From contig CAXAHI010000001.1 of the NCBI GenBank assembly GCA_963968645.1, forward strand, positions 1 through 55,213: a DNA stretch of 55,213 nucleotides, read 5' to 3'. Positions within the stretch are counted from its first letter, which is position 1, and every line of letters begins with the position of its first letter. The notes below the pieces were generated by a model that saw nothing but the letters and a program-made list of their open reading frames with translations, had not been told where the DNA came from and ran no database searches. A program made the translations under genes and the position numbers. Positions 23,501 to 32,019 of this stretch are shown piece by piece. This DNA is from an uncultured Gammaproteobacteria bacterium. GTDB lineage: Bacteria; Pseudomonadota; Gammaproteobacteria; Pseudomonadales; UBA7434.

Positions 23501-24757
23501 ATGAATAACTCTGTTCCTGATAAAAAAACAACGCCTGTCTGGCTGCCTCACAGTTACATCTCTTCTATTCATCAGTCTAATATTGATAATGACTGTCCCT
23601 ACTCTCGTGAACAATTAACGGCACTTATTGCGCTTCAAAATATTGATGAATTAGGGCCTGTTAGCTTGTCGTTGTTGTTGGCAAAAGCAGGCTCTATTGA
23701 TGGGTTGATAAATGGTGCGATTGATCCGATGGAGGTGGCCGGTTTACGTGCACCCTGTCGGCAAGAGCTGCAGCGGTTTCTGCGAAATCCGCGTGGTGTT
23801 CAGCAGTGGCAATTAGCTGAGCAAAGCTTAGATTGGTTGGTCCAAACGGGCTGCCATATACTCGTTTATGATGATCCACGCTTTCCATCACTATTAAAAG
23901 AGTTGCCAGATTGCCCCCAGCTAATTTATTTGGCGGGGAATATAAATACTTTTAAAACAAACTCTATAGCAATAGTTGGCGCTCGCAAACCCAGTGTAGG
24001 AGCACAGCAGTTCACTGAGCATTTGGCTGCTGAACTGTCAGATGCAGGCCTGCTAATTACCAGTGGTATGGCAAGTGGTATTGACGGGGCTGCACATCGA
24101 GGCAGTCTTAATGTGGGCGGTAAAACAGCAGCGGTTTGGGCGGCTGGATTAGATGTAGTTTATCCTAGAGAGCATCAATCACTGGCAAAAAATATCCTCG
24201 AGAATGGCTGTGTGATAACCGAAATGCCATTGGGTACAGCCTCCATACCGAGTTATTTTCCGCGTCGAAACCGCTTAGTATCTGGCATTAGTTTGGGCGT
24301 TATTGTGGTGCAAGCGGCACTTCGAAGCGGGTCTTTAATTACCGCTAATTATGCTGCCGAACAGAACCGTGAAGTCTTTGCTGTGCCCGGCTCCATTCAT
24401 AATCCGTTAAGTGCAGGTTGCCATCAATTAATAAAAGACGGCGCAACATTAATAGAGAGTGCTGAAGATGTCTTAATGGCCATAAGGGAATTACAGCTTG
24501 CTCAGGGCTTAAACGCGGTAAAGTCTGAAGACGACAAAATGGCTGATGAAATGGCTTTAAAGCAAGCTGAAGCAGTGTTATTAGCGGGGTTATCTGTTGA
24601 AATGCGTATAGTGTTAGATGCTATTGGCTATGATCCAGTACCTTATGAGCTTATTGAGGCGAGGATAGATGCTGGTATCGACAATTTAAGCGCAGTACTG
24701 GTAGATTTAGAGTTACAAGGCATCGTAACAGTGGTCGGCGGACTGTATAGCCGATAA
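23501..24757 (+). CDS. dprA: DNA-processing protein DprA (Smf)
   Basis: IVGARKPS, SGMASGIDGAAHRG and FPRRNRL motifs. The ATG at 23501 has AAGGA 7 nt upstream. The track start at 23462 is a TTG. Confidence 0.92.
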   Translation: MNNSVPDKKTTPVWLPHSYISSIHQSNIDNDCPYSREQLTALIALQNIDELGPVSLSLLLAKAGSIDGLINGAIDPMEVAGLRAPCRQELQRFLRNPRGVQQWQLAEQSLDWLVQTGCHILVYDDPRFPSLLKELPDCPQLIYLAGNINTFKTNSIAIVGARKPSVGAQQFTEHLAAELSDAGLLITSGMASGIDGAAHRGSLNVGGKTAAVWAAGLDVVYPREHQSLAKNILENGCVITEMPLGTASIPSYFPRRNRLVSGISLGVIVVQAALRSGSLITANYAAEQNREVFAVPGSIHNPLSAGCHQLIKDGATLIESAEDVLMAIRELQLAQGLNAVKSEDDKMADEMALKQAEAVLLAGLSVEMRIVLDAIGYDPVPYELIEARIDAGIDNLSAVLVDLELQGIVTVVGGLYSR

Positions 24758-24871
24758 TATGACAAGCTAGGCTTTTGATGCTTGAAACCTGCTCCATTAT
24801 TCTGTAATTTGCGCGGCTTCTTAAGTATAAATATTCAGTTTGAATAAATAGTAAATATAGAGAGTGATGCC

Positions 24872-25375
24872 ATGAGTGAAGTTTTTGTTGCCATATTAAT
24901 GGGTTCGGATAGTGATTTGCCACAAATGCAGCCAGCAATCGATACCTTGGCTAAGTTTGCGATTCGTACAGAAGTCAAAGTCTCTTCCGCGCATCGAACG
25001 CCGCAGGCAACCCATGACTATGTGACGAGTGCTGACCAACGTGGATGTGGCGTCTTTATTGCTGCTGCTGGTATGGCTGCGCATTTGGCCGGTGCTGTCG
25101 CTGCTAATACGACTAAGCCCGTTATTGGCGTGCCTATTAATGCTTCGCTTCAAGGAATGGATGCATTGTTATCTACCGTTCAAATGCCAGGTGGCATTCC
25201 AGTGGCAACAGTAGCTATTGGTAAAGCAGGCGCAAAAAATGCGGCTTACTTAGCGGCGCAAATACTTGCGACGGCTGATGCTGACCTTGCTGCTCGCGTT
25301 AAAGCTGAACGTGCAGAGTGCGCTAAAGAAGTTGAAGCTAAAGATGCTGCACTTCAGGCTCAACTCGCCAAATAA
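24872..25375 (+). CDS. purE: 5-(carboxyamino)imidazole ribonucleotide mutase-like protein (PurE family)
   Basis: 167 aa with MGSDSD, SAHRTP and [24 protein letters not shown] (a variant of the class I GGAAHLPG loop), plus [14 protein letters not shown]. No purK is adjacent. Confidence 0.85.
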   Translation: MSEVFVAILMGSDSDLPQMQPAIDTLAKFAIRTEVKVSSAHRTPQATHDYVTSADQRGCGVFIAAAGMAAHLAGAVAANTTKPVIGVPINASLQGMDALLSTVQMPGGIPVATVAIGKAGAKNAAYLAAQILATADADLAARVKAERAECAKEVEAKDAALQAQLAK

Positions 25376-25381
25376 TTGCTT

Positions 25382-25972
25382 ATGAGTGCGCCAGGCCGTT
25401 GGCAGTTAGAAAAAGCCTTATCTGCACTCAAGCATGGTGAAGTGATTGCTTATCCTACGGAAGGGGTCTGGGGCTTAGGCTGCGACCCTTTCAATGCTGA
25501 TGCAGTTGATCGTCTTTTGGCATTGAAAAATCGGCCAATGGATAAAGGTCTGATTCTCGTCGCCGCCAACCTCGCTCAAATCTCACCGTTACTGTCGTTT
25601 TTGTCTGATGCACAGCTTGCGCAGTTAAAGGAATCAGTGAGTGATGACAGTGCGCATGTATCGGGTGAATCTCGACCGACAACTTGGTTAATACCTTCAA
25701 GCGGACTTATTCCTTACTGGATTACCGGCACGCACGATACTGTGGCGGTGCGTATTTCGAAGCATCCAATGGTTGCCGCGCTTTGTCAGTCCTTTGGCGG
25801 CATGATCGTATCGACATCAGCTAATCCGAGTTCGAAAGCTCCCGCATTAACGCAGCTTTCAGTGCGACATTATTTTGGTAAGCAGATTCCCGTTTATTTA
25901 AGTGGTAAGGTTAATCGCAGTGGCGTTACGTCTGAAATTCGCAATTTAGTGACAGGCGATGTTTTACGTTAG
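25382..25972 (+). CDS. tsaC: L-threonylcarbamoyladenylate synthase type 1 TsaC (YrdC/RimN)
   Basis: YPTEGVWGLGCDP and ALKNRPMDKGLIL motifs. The ATG at 25382 is preferred over the track's TTG at 25376. Confidence 0.92.
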   Translation: MSAPGRWQLEKALSALKHGEVIAYPTEGVWGLGCDPFNADAVDRLLALKNRPMDKGLILVAANLAQISPLLSFLSDAQLAQLKESVSDDSAHVSGESRPTTWLIPSSGLIPYWITGTHDTVAVRISKHPMVAALCQSFGGMIVSTSANPSSKAPALTQLSVRHYFGKQIPVYLSGKVNRSGVTSEIRNLVTGDVLR

Positions 25973-26064
25973 AATTTGACGAGTTGATTTTAAGCGCCAA
26001 TCCAATCCATACCAAATTAACTATGAACTATTAGATTGAAACACTTAGCCATTGGGAGCAAGCA

Positions 26065-26985
26065 TTGAGCACCATTGATAAACAGGCCGTTCAAACCTTT
26101 TTGCTCGATTTACAAAATCGCATTTGTGAGCGCTTTGAATCGCTTGATGATGGCGCAACTTTTGAAGAAGATGCTTGGGATAGACCGCAAGGGGGTGGTG
26201 GTAAAACACGCGTACTTAAGTGCGGAACTCTTTTTGAAAAAGGCGGTGCCAATTTCTCTCATGTGTTTGGCGATCAACTCCCACCATCAGCATCTGCTAA
26301 CCGTCCAGAATTAGCCGGTCGCTCATTTGAAGCCTTTGGTGTGTCGGTGGTGATGCATCCAGATAATCCTTTTATTCCTACCTCCCATGCTAATGTCCGT
26401 TTTTTTATTGCTGAAAAAGAAGGTGAAGATCCTGTCTGGTGGTTTGGCGGTGGTTTTGATTTAACACCGTATTACGGCTTTACCGAAGATTGCGTAAGCT
26501 GGCATCAACAAGCCAAGCAAGCCTGTGATCCTTTTGGTGAAGAGGTTTATGGCGAATACAAACACTGGTGTGATGAATATTTTTATTTAAAACATCGCGA
26601 TGAGCCCCGAGGTATTGGCGGCTTGTTTTTTGATGATTTAAATAAATGGGGTTTTGAAAAATCTTTTGAATTTATGCAAAATGTTGGCAATGCCTATATT
26701 GAAGCTTACAGTGACATTGTGAGCCGTAGAAAACCCATTGAATTTACTGAGTCGCATAAAGCCTTTCAGCGCTATCGACGCGGCCGCTATGTTGAATTCA
26801 ACTTGGTTTATGATCGTGGCACATTATTTGGACTTCAATCAGGGGGGCGTACAGAATCTATTTTGATGTCGATGCCGCCAGAAGTAAATTGGCACTATGA
26901 TTATCAAACAAAACCGGGCTCTGTAGAAGATGCTTTATATGAGCAGTTTTTAAAACCTAGAGATTGGCTTGCGCCTGCTGTATAA
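26065..26985 (+). CDS. hemF: oxygen-dependent coproporphyrinogen III oxidase
   Basis: [10 protein letters not shown] and [35 protein letters not shown]. The TTG start has GGGAG 6 nt upstream. Confidence 0.95.
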   Translation: MSTIDKQAVQTFLLDLQNRICERFESLDDGATFEEDAWDRPQGGGGKTRVLKCGTLFEKGGANFSHVFGDQLPPSASANRPELAGRSFEAFGVSVVMHPDNPFIPTSHANVRFFIAEKEGEDPVWWFGGGFDLTPYYGFTEDCVSWHQQAKQACDPFGEEVYGEYKHWCDEYFYLKHRDEPRGIGGLFFDDLNKWGFEKSFEFMQNVGNAYIEAYSDIVSRRKPIEFTESHKAFQRYRRGRYVEFNLVYDRGTLFGLQSGGRTESILMSMPPEVNWHYDYQTKPGSVEDALYEQFLKPRDWLAPAV

Positions 26986-27040
26986 AATAATTTTTATAGA
27001 TGCGTAATGCAATAGCAATTGAGAGCGAAGAAAATAAATA

Positions 27041-27880
27041 ATGAACGATGTAAACAAAGATCGTTATGCTGTGTTCGGAAATCCCATTAAACATAGCCGA
27101 TCGCCGGATATTCATCAGCAATTTGCTGAGCAATTAAAACAAACCATGACTTACCAGCGGCAGCTTGTAGCGCTGGGTGAGTTTGAAGTCAGTGCCCGCA
27201 CTTTTTTTGATAGTAAGGGTGCGGGTTTAAATATTACCGTACCGTTTAAATTAGACGCTTATCAGTTTGCCGATCAATTAAGTGAGCGAGCGCGACGCGC
27301 AGGTGCAGTGAACACCTTAATAAATAAAGACGGCATTATTGTGGGCGATAATACTGACGGCTGTGGTTTGTTGGCCGATTTACAAAGTAATTTGCAGTGG
27401 CCTATTGGGGAAGCGAATATATTAGTTTTAGGCGCAGGCGGTGCTGTACGAGGAATTCTTGAGCCACTGTTGTTGGCTAACCCCGCATCAATCGTTATTG
27501 CCAATCGTACGCTCGAAAAAGCCGAGCAATTAAGTTGCGCTTTTCAACCGTTGGCTAACGATGCTGGCTGTCAGTTAAGTGCTAAGCAATATGATGAACT
27601 GATAGAGCCTTTTGATATTATTATTAATGGCACTAGCGCAAGTCTTAGTGGTGATACTCTGCCATTAGCGAATGAATGTTTTAACGGTGCTTGCTGTTAT
27701 GACATGATGTATGCAAAGGGACCTACGCCTTTCTTGCAACTAGCCGCTAAGCAGGGAGCAAGAAAAATTGCCGACGGCCTTGGCATGTTGGTTGAGCAAG
27801 CGGCAGAGTCTTTTCGGCTTTGGCGTAATGTTAAGCCGAGTACACGCGTAGTGATTCAATCTATTCGCAATAGCTTATAA
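27041..27880 (+). CDS. aroE: shikimate dehydrogenase
   Basis: VFGNPIKHSRSPDIH substrate motif and the NADP-binding GAGGAVRG. Follows hemF as in Pseudomonas. Confidence 0.95.
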   Translation: MNDVNKDRYAVFGNPIKHSRSPDIHQQFAEQLKQTMTYQRQLVALGEFEVSARTFFDSKGAGLNITVPFKLDAYQFADQLSERARRAGAVNTLINKDGIIVGDNTDGCGLLADLQSNLQWPIGEANILVLGAGGAVRGILEPLLLANPASIVIANRTLEKAEQLSCAFQPLANDAGCQLSAKQYDELIEPFDIIINGTSASLSGDTLPLANECFNGACCYDMMYAKGPTPFLQLAAKQGARKIADGLGMLVEQAAESFRLWRNVKPSTRVVIQSIRNSL

Positions 27881-27883
27881 ATA

Positions 27884-29137
27884 GTGAATAAATTTTTTCT
27901 AGGCAGCTTATTTCTTTTATTGTTTGTTACTACAAAGTCCATGGCTTCTGTTGGGCTTTTTATTGAATTGCCAAAAGCGGGCTTAAAGCCATCTGAGTTA
28001 GCAGTTGTTTACATTAAGGGAGATAAAAAAAGCGAAACGATTGCTTATTATTATCAGCAGCATCGTAAAATTCCGTTTGAAAATATTATTGGCATTTCTA
28101 TAGATGCTAGTAAAACCGTTATTGGTCCTGGCGAGTTTGTTGTTCAAAAAAAATTATTGGATGCTCAATTAAGTGATAACGTTCAGGCGTTAGCGTTGGC
28201 GTGGGATAAGCCATATCAGGTTGGCTGCATGGGTGTGACGGCGGCATTTACCTTTGGCTATAACGTCGCTTATTGTGCCACCTCATGTAAAAAAACACGT
28301 ACTTCGCCTTATTATAATTCTACGAGTGTCGCGCCTTATCGTGATTTTAAAATGCGGCCTACAATGATGCTCGCAGCAGAAACATTTAAAGACGCAACGC
28401 AATTAATCGATCGTGGTATTGCGTCGGATGATACGCAGCCATGGGGGCGGGCCTTTTTATTGACGACATCAGATAAGACACGCTCTGTTCGCAATGTTTT
28501 TTTTGACGAGGTAAGCAAAAACTTTAAAGAGATATATGATTTACATATTTTAAATTCTGATGGAATAAAAAATCGCTCTGATATTTTATTCTATTTTACG
28601 GGTGCGGTAGCTGTGCCGCATTTAGAAACGCTTTCATTTTTACCCGGTGCAATGGCTGATCACTTAACCTCGGCAGGAGGCCAGTTAACTGATTCTAATC
28701 AGATGAGTGCAATGCGATGGTTAGAAGCGGGGGCGACGGGCAGTTACGGCTCAGCGATAGAGCCTTGTAACTTTGTACAAAAGTTTCCTAATCCTTTATT
28801 GGCTATGTGGCATTATGGTTATGGTGCGACGATGCTTGAGGCTTATTGGAAAAGCGTGCATATGCCAGGGCAGGGAAACTTTATTGGTGAACCTTTAGCT
28901 TCACCTTTTAATGGTTATCGGTTGTTAAGAAAGGCGGATCACATAGAGGTGCGTTCACCTATTTTACGCCAAGGTCGTTATCGGATTATCGCAAATGAAG
29001 ATGGCTTGCTAGGTCTTAATACGCCGAGTTATTTACGGTCTATGAATCAGATTTCTATTCAGTCCATAACACCTTATCGCCGTCATCTTGTGTTGCAGCC
29101 GCCCTACCATTCGCACTATAAAATTGAACGCTTATGA
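27884..29137 (+). CDS. secreted protein of unknown function, probably TIGR03790 family
   Basis: The GTG start lies 3 nt after the aroE TAA. The signal peptide is MNKFFLGSLFLLLFVTTKSMA. The C-terminal blocks ADHLTSAGG, WLEAGATGSYGSAIEP and FIGEPLASPF resemble the uncharacterised TIGR03790 family as I recall it (unverified). I recognise no catalytic motif. Confidence 0.8.
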   Translation: MNKFFLGSLFLLLFVTTKSMASVGLFIELPKAGLKPSELAVVYIKGDKKSETIAYYYQQHRKIPFENIIGISIDASKTVIGPGEFVVQKKLLDAQLSDNVQALALAWDKPYQVGCMGVTAAFTFGYNVAYCATSCKKTRTSPYYNSTSVAPYRDFKMRPTMMLAAETFKDATQLIDRGIASDDTQPWGRAFLLTTSDKTRSVRNVFFDEVSKNFKEIYDLHILNSDGIKNRSDILFYFTGAVAVPHLETLSFLPGAMADHLTSAGGQLTDSNQMSAMRWLEAGATGSYGSAIEPCNFVQKFPNPLLAMWHYGYGATMLEAYWKSVHMPGQGNFIGEPLASPFNGYRLLRKADHIEVRSPILRQGRYRIIANEDGLLGLNTPSYLRSMNQISIQSITPYRRHLVLQPPYHSHYKIERL

Positions 29138-29170
29138 TTTTTAGGGTTGCCGTTTATGGGTGACGTGGTT

Positions 29171-29704
29171 TTATTGCTCTTGGCGATATTGGTCTTTTAG
29201 TTTTACATAGTTTGCGGTGGTATAAAGAAAAAAGCTTTTCTCTTTTTCAGTTAATGGGCGAGCAGGTTTGCACGGCGAGCCCACATAGAGAAAGCCACTT
29301 TCGAGATGCTTGCCCGGTGGCACTAAAGCATTGGCACCAATAATAACCTCGTCTTCAATTACCGCGCCGTCCATTACAATGGCACCGTTACCAATTAATA
29401 TACGATTGCCTATTGTACAGCCATGCAGCACGGTGCGATGGCCAATAGTGACATCGTCGCCAATCGTTAACGGCCAGCCAGCTTCGTTAAAACTGCTGGC
29501 ATGAGTAATATGCAATATCGATCCATCTTGAATGCTGGTGCGTTGGCCAATACGAATACGATGCATGTCGCCACGAATAACGGCTTGCGGCCAAACGGAG
29601 CAATCATCGCCTAAAACAACATCACCAATAACAACGGCGCTTTCATCGACATAAACAGCATTGCCTAATTGGGGAGTTGTGTTTTGAAAGGAGCGAATAT
29701 TCAT
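29171..29704 (-). CDS. gamma-class carbonic anhydrase-like / hexapeptide-repeat protein (YrdA/PaaY family)
   Basis: 177 aa with a left-handed beta-helix repeat pattern and VWPQAVIRGD...IGQRTSIQDGSILH...TIGHRTVLHGC, which carries the His ligand spacing typical of the family. Confidence 0.88.
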   Translation of the reverse strand: MNIRSFQNTTPQLGNAVYVDESAVVIGDVVLGDDCSVWPQAVIRGDMHRIRIGQRTSIQDGSILHITHASSFNEAGWPLTIGDDVTIGHRTVLHGCTIGNRILIGNGAIVMDGAVIEDEVIIGANALVPPGKHLESGFLYVGSPCKPARPLTEKEKSFFLYTTANYVKLKDQYRQEQ

Positions 29705-29769
29705 AGTGTTTTACTCTGCTAACGGGCGTGAATTTAATGACGTTGATACAAAACGGTTGATTATATCCA

Positions 29770-29789
29770 ATATCAGTTGCCACTGATAT
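29770..29789. promoter_or_regulatory. perfect 8-bp-stem palindrome ATATCAGT-TGCC-ACTGATAT in a divergent promoter region
   Basis: Read directly from the sequence. It lies between the gamma-CA-like gene start (29704) and the yheV-like start (29842), so it is a candidate operator or 5'-leader hairpin. Confidence 0.3.
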
Positions 29790-29841
29790 GATGGCTAATG
29801 TTCTGACTAAGAAGATAATGATTAAGAGTAGAGTGACGGGT

Positions 29842-30111
29842 ATGCGAAACAAAAGATTTATTGCTGGTGCAGTTTGCCCTAAGTGTAAGCTGGCCGATAA
29901 GATTTTTACTTATCTCAAAGATGTCGACGCTAATAATAATGATGATCAGTGGCGAGCTTGTGCGAGCTGTGATTTCGAAGAGTCATTAGCCGCAGCAATT
30001 GCTTCGCAGCAAGAAGAGATACCCACGCGCGTGAATCAAAATCGTTTAGGGGAACAACCGCTTGCTCATGAGGTGGCTGTTGAGGCGGTTAAATTTATTG
30101 ATCCTAAATAG
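29842..30111 (+). CDS. YheV-family putative zinc-ribbon protein
   Basis: MRNKRFIAGAVCPKCKLAD ... CASCDF parallels E. coli YheV (RKRFIAGAKCPACQAQD ... CVKCG). The track start at 29788 was trimmed to the ATG at 29842. Confidence 0.8.
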   Translation: MRNKRFIAGAVCPKCKLADKIFTYLKDVDANNNDDQWRACASCDFEESLAAAIASQQEEIPTRVNQNRLGEQPLAHEVAVEAVKFIDPK

Positions 30112-30113
30112 AT

Positions 30114-31472
30114 TTATATTTTTCGCAGTAAAGCGGGATAAACAGCGGCTAAGGTGAGGCCGCGGGCCAGATTAAAACAAATAAATGCAAACCATAAGCC
30201 GTGATTTTGCCAGCCCTGCGTTAGCCACCAAGTAGGTAAAAATACAATAACCACCGAAAACCACATGGTGAGATGCATTTGTTGCGTCTGCCCTGCTCCA
30301 ACAAAAACACCGTCGAGTAAATATGCCAGCATGCCTACTAACGGCATAAGCACCAGCCAAATCATATATTGCTTGGCGAGTAGCATGATATCGGGCATAT
30401 CGCTGAGCAAGCCAATAATTGCGTCTCCCATAAGTAAGAAGCTTACGCTGAATAATAGAGCGGTTGCGGTAAGCCATGCGGCGCAGATTTTCACACAGTG
30501 AATAAAGGTTTTTCGCTGCCTGCTACCAGTTGCTTCTCCGCAAAGGACTTCGGCGGCATAACTAAAGCCATCCATAACATAGGCAGAAAAGAACACCAGC
30601 TGTAATAAAATAGCATTGGCGGCTAAAACTGAGTCACTGAAGCTAGCGCCTTGAGCAGTGAAAAAATTAAAGGTAAAAAACAGCAGTAAAGTTCGTACAA
30701 ACAAATGAGCGTTCATCGCTAATATTTGTTGATAGGCTTTGAGTGAAAGCCAGTTCCTCCATTGTCTCAGCGTGCTTAATTGCGTGTTTCGGGCAACAAA
30801 GACAAAACCGAGAGCTAAACCTGAGTATTCGGCAATCACGGATGCCATAGCGGCACCTGCACTGTTCATGTCCATGACGACTATAAACAACGTATCCAAA
30901 ACAATATTAATGAGGTTAGTGAACAATATAAGTGCTAATGCGGCCTTGGTTTTCTTGAGGCCTATTAGCCAGCCGGAAATCGCAAAGGTCATCATGGCTG
31001 CTGGGGCCGAATAAAGACGGATACGGATGTATTCGGCGGCTAGGCCTGCAATATTCTCGCTGGCGTTCATGATTACTATGATGGAATCAATTAACCAAGG
31101 AACGGTAAAGGTGAGTATTAAGCCAAATAGCGTGGCTATTAATAAAGTGCGATAGATAATGCTGTCGGTGTTAGCGCCGTTAGCACTTATATCTGCGCTA
31201 TTTCGGGCTCGGCCGACACTTTGTGAGACAAGGCTGGTGGTGCCCATTCTTAAAAAGCTAAAGCTTAGGTACAAAATGGCGATAACGTGCGCGCCTATGG
31301 CTACGGCAGCTAGAAAGCGCGGATTATCTAAATGGCCCAATAAGGCGGTATCGACTAATCCCAGCATGGGAATAGATATGCCGCTTAATATCATTGGCCA
31401 GGCAATAGCCCAGACTTTAGCGGTGCTAACGTCATTGTTGGGATTATTGTCTATATTGTTGGAAATCATCAT
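30114..31472 (-). CDS. MATE family efflux transporter (DinF-like)
   Basis: A 12-TM profile with the N-terminal MATE block WAIAWPMILSGISIPMLGLVDTALLGHL. The first 53 codons of the track ORF (to 31631) do not resemble a MATE N-terminus, so I prefer the ATG-ATG at 31472/31469. I found no LexA box upstream. Confidence 0.85.
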   Translation of the reverse strand: MMISNNIDNNPNNDVSTAKVWAIAWPMILSGISIPMLGLVDTALLGHLDNPRFLAAVAIGAHVIAILYLSFSFLRMGTTSLVSQSVGRARNSADISANGANTDSIIYRTLLIATLFGLILTFTVPWLIDSIIVIMNASENIAGLAAEYIRIRLYSAPAAMMTFAISGWLIGLKKTKAALALILFTNLINIVLDTLFIVVMDMNSAGAAMASVIAEYSGLALGFVFVARNTQLSTLRQWRNWLSLKAYQQILAMNAHLFVRTLLLFFTFNFFTAQGASFSDSVLAANAILLQLVFFSAYVMDGFSYAAEVLCGEATGSRQRKTFIHCVKICAAWLTATALLFSVSFLLMGDAIIGLLSDMPDIMLLAKQYMIWLVLMPLVGMLAYLLDGVFVGAGQTQQMHLTMWFSVVIVFLPTWWLTQGWQNHGLWFAFICFNLARGLTLAAVYPALLRKI

Positions 31473-31702
31473 TAATTGTGAACGAGAAGGCCTGGTGTTG
31501 CGTATATTTAAACGTATCAAAAGCTCGTCTAGGACAAGACTAATGATTGACTGAGCTAATAAAAGAACAAAATAACGGATTTTGGTCGTTTTTGTCAGTT
31601 TATTTAAAAACAAAGAGTTAGCTTCACTCATTATTGCTAAAAGATAATGGTATTTCTGCGGACATCCGTAGGTGATGATTAATATATTGTTCGCTAGATA
31701 GT

Positions 31703-31981
31703 GCGATATTTGTTTCCTTTGTTATAATCGCGGCGTTTTGTCGCACACGATTAGTTGTGCATCAGCTTATTCCAGCATGGCGCTAGGTAATGGCGCAGTC
31801 TTAAGTAAGACGTACCGAACTGAGACAAAAAATATCGCTATCGGTAGAGCAGCCGGTCGATATTAACTTGTCTTAGAAATTAGGTGTCTGTGCTGAGCTA
31901 GATGAAAAGAGGTTTTATGAGTGTTGGCCGCCGTTTTTAGGCGTTCTGGTACTGGATTGGCATAGCGTCAGTCGATATTTA
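31703..31981. promoter_or_regulatory. cluster of four CGATATT motifs upstream of coxB
   Basis: GCGATATTT at 31703-31711 and its exact reverse complement AAATATCGC at 31830-31838. GTCGATATTA at 31856-31865 and GTCGATATTTA at 31971-31981. Copies 2 and 3 form a 7-bp inverted pair with a 19-nt spacer. A TATAAT hexamer sits at 31723-31728. Confidence 0.35.
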
Positions 31982-32019
31982 TTAGTTATATATATATGTG
32001 TTTTAGGAGAAGGTGGATT

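Noticed and set aside
31159-31554. 131-aa ORF antisense to the MATE transporter gene
   Set aside because: It is embedded in a gene with a clear 12-TM MATE profile and has no independent signals. It is a shadow ORF.
31473-31760. LexA/SOS box upstream of the MATE gene, which would justify calling it dinF
   Set aside because: I found no CTGT-N8-ACAG motif on either candidate upstream region, so the gene is left as a generic MATE transporter.
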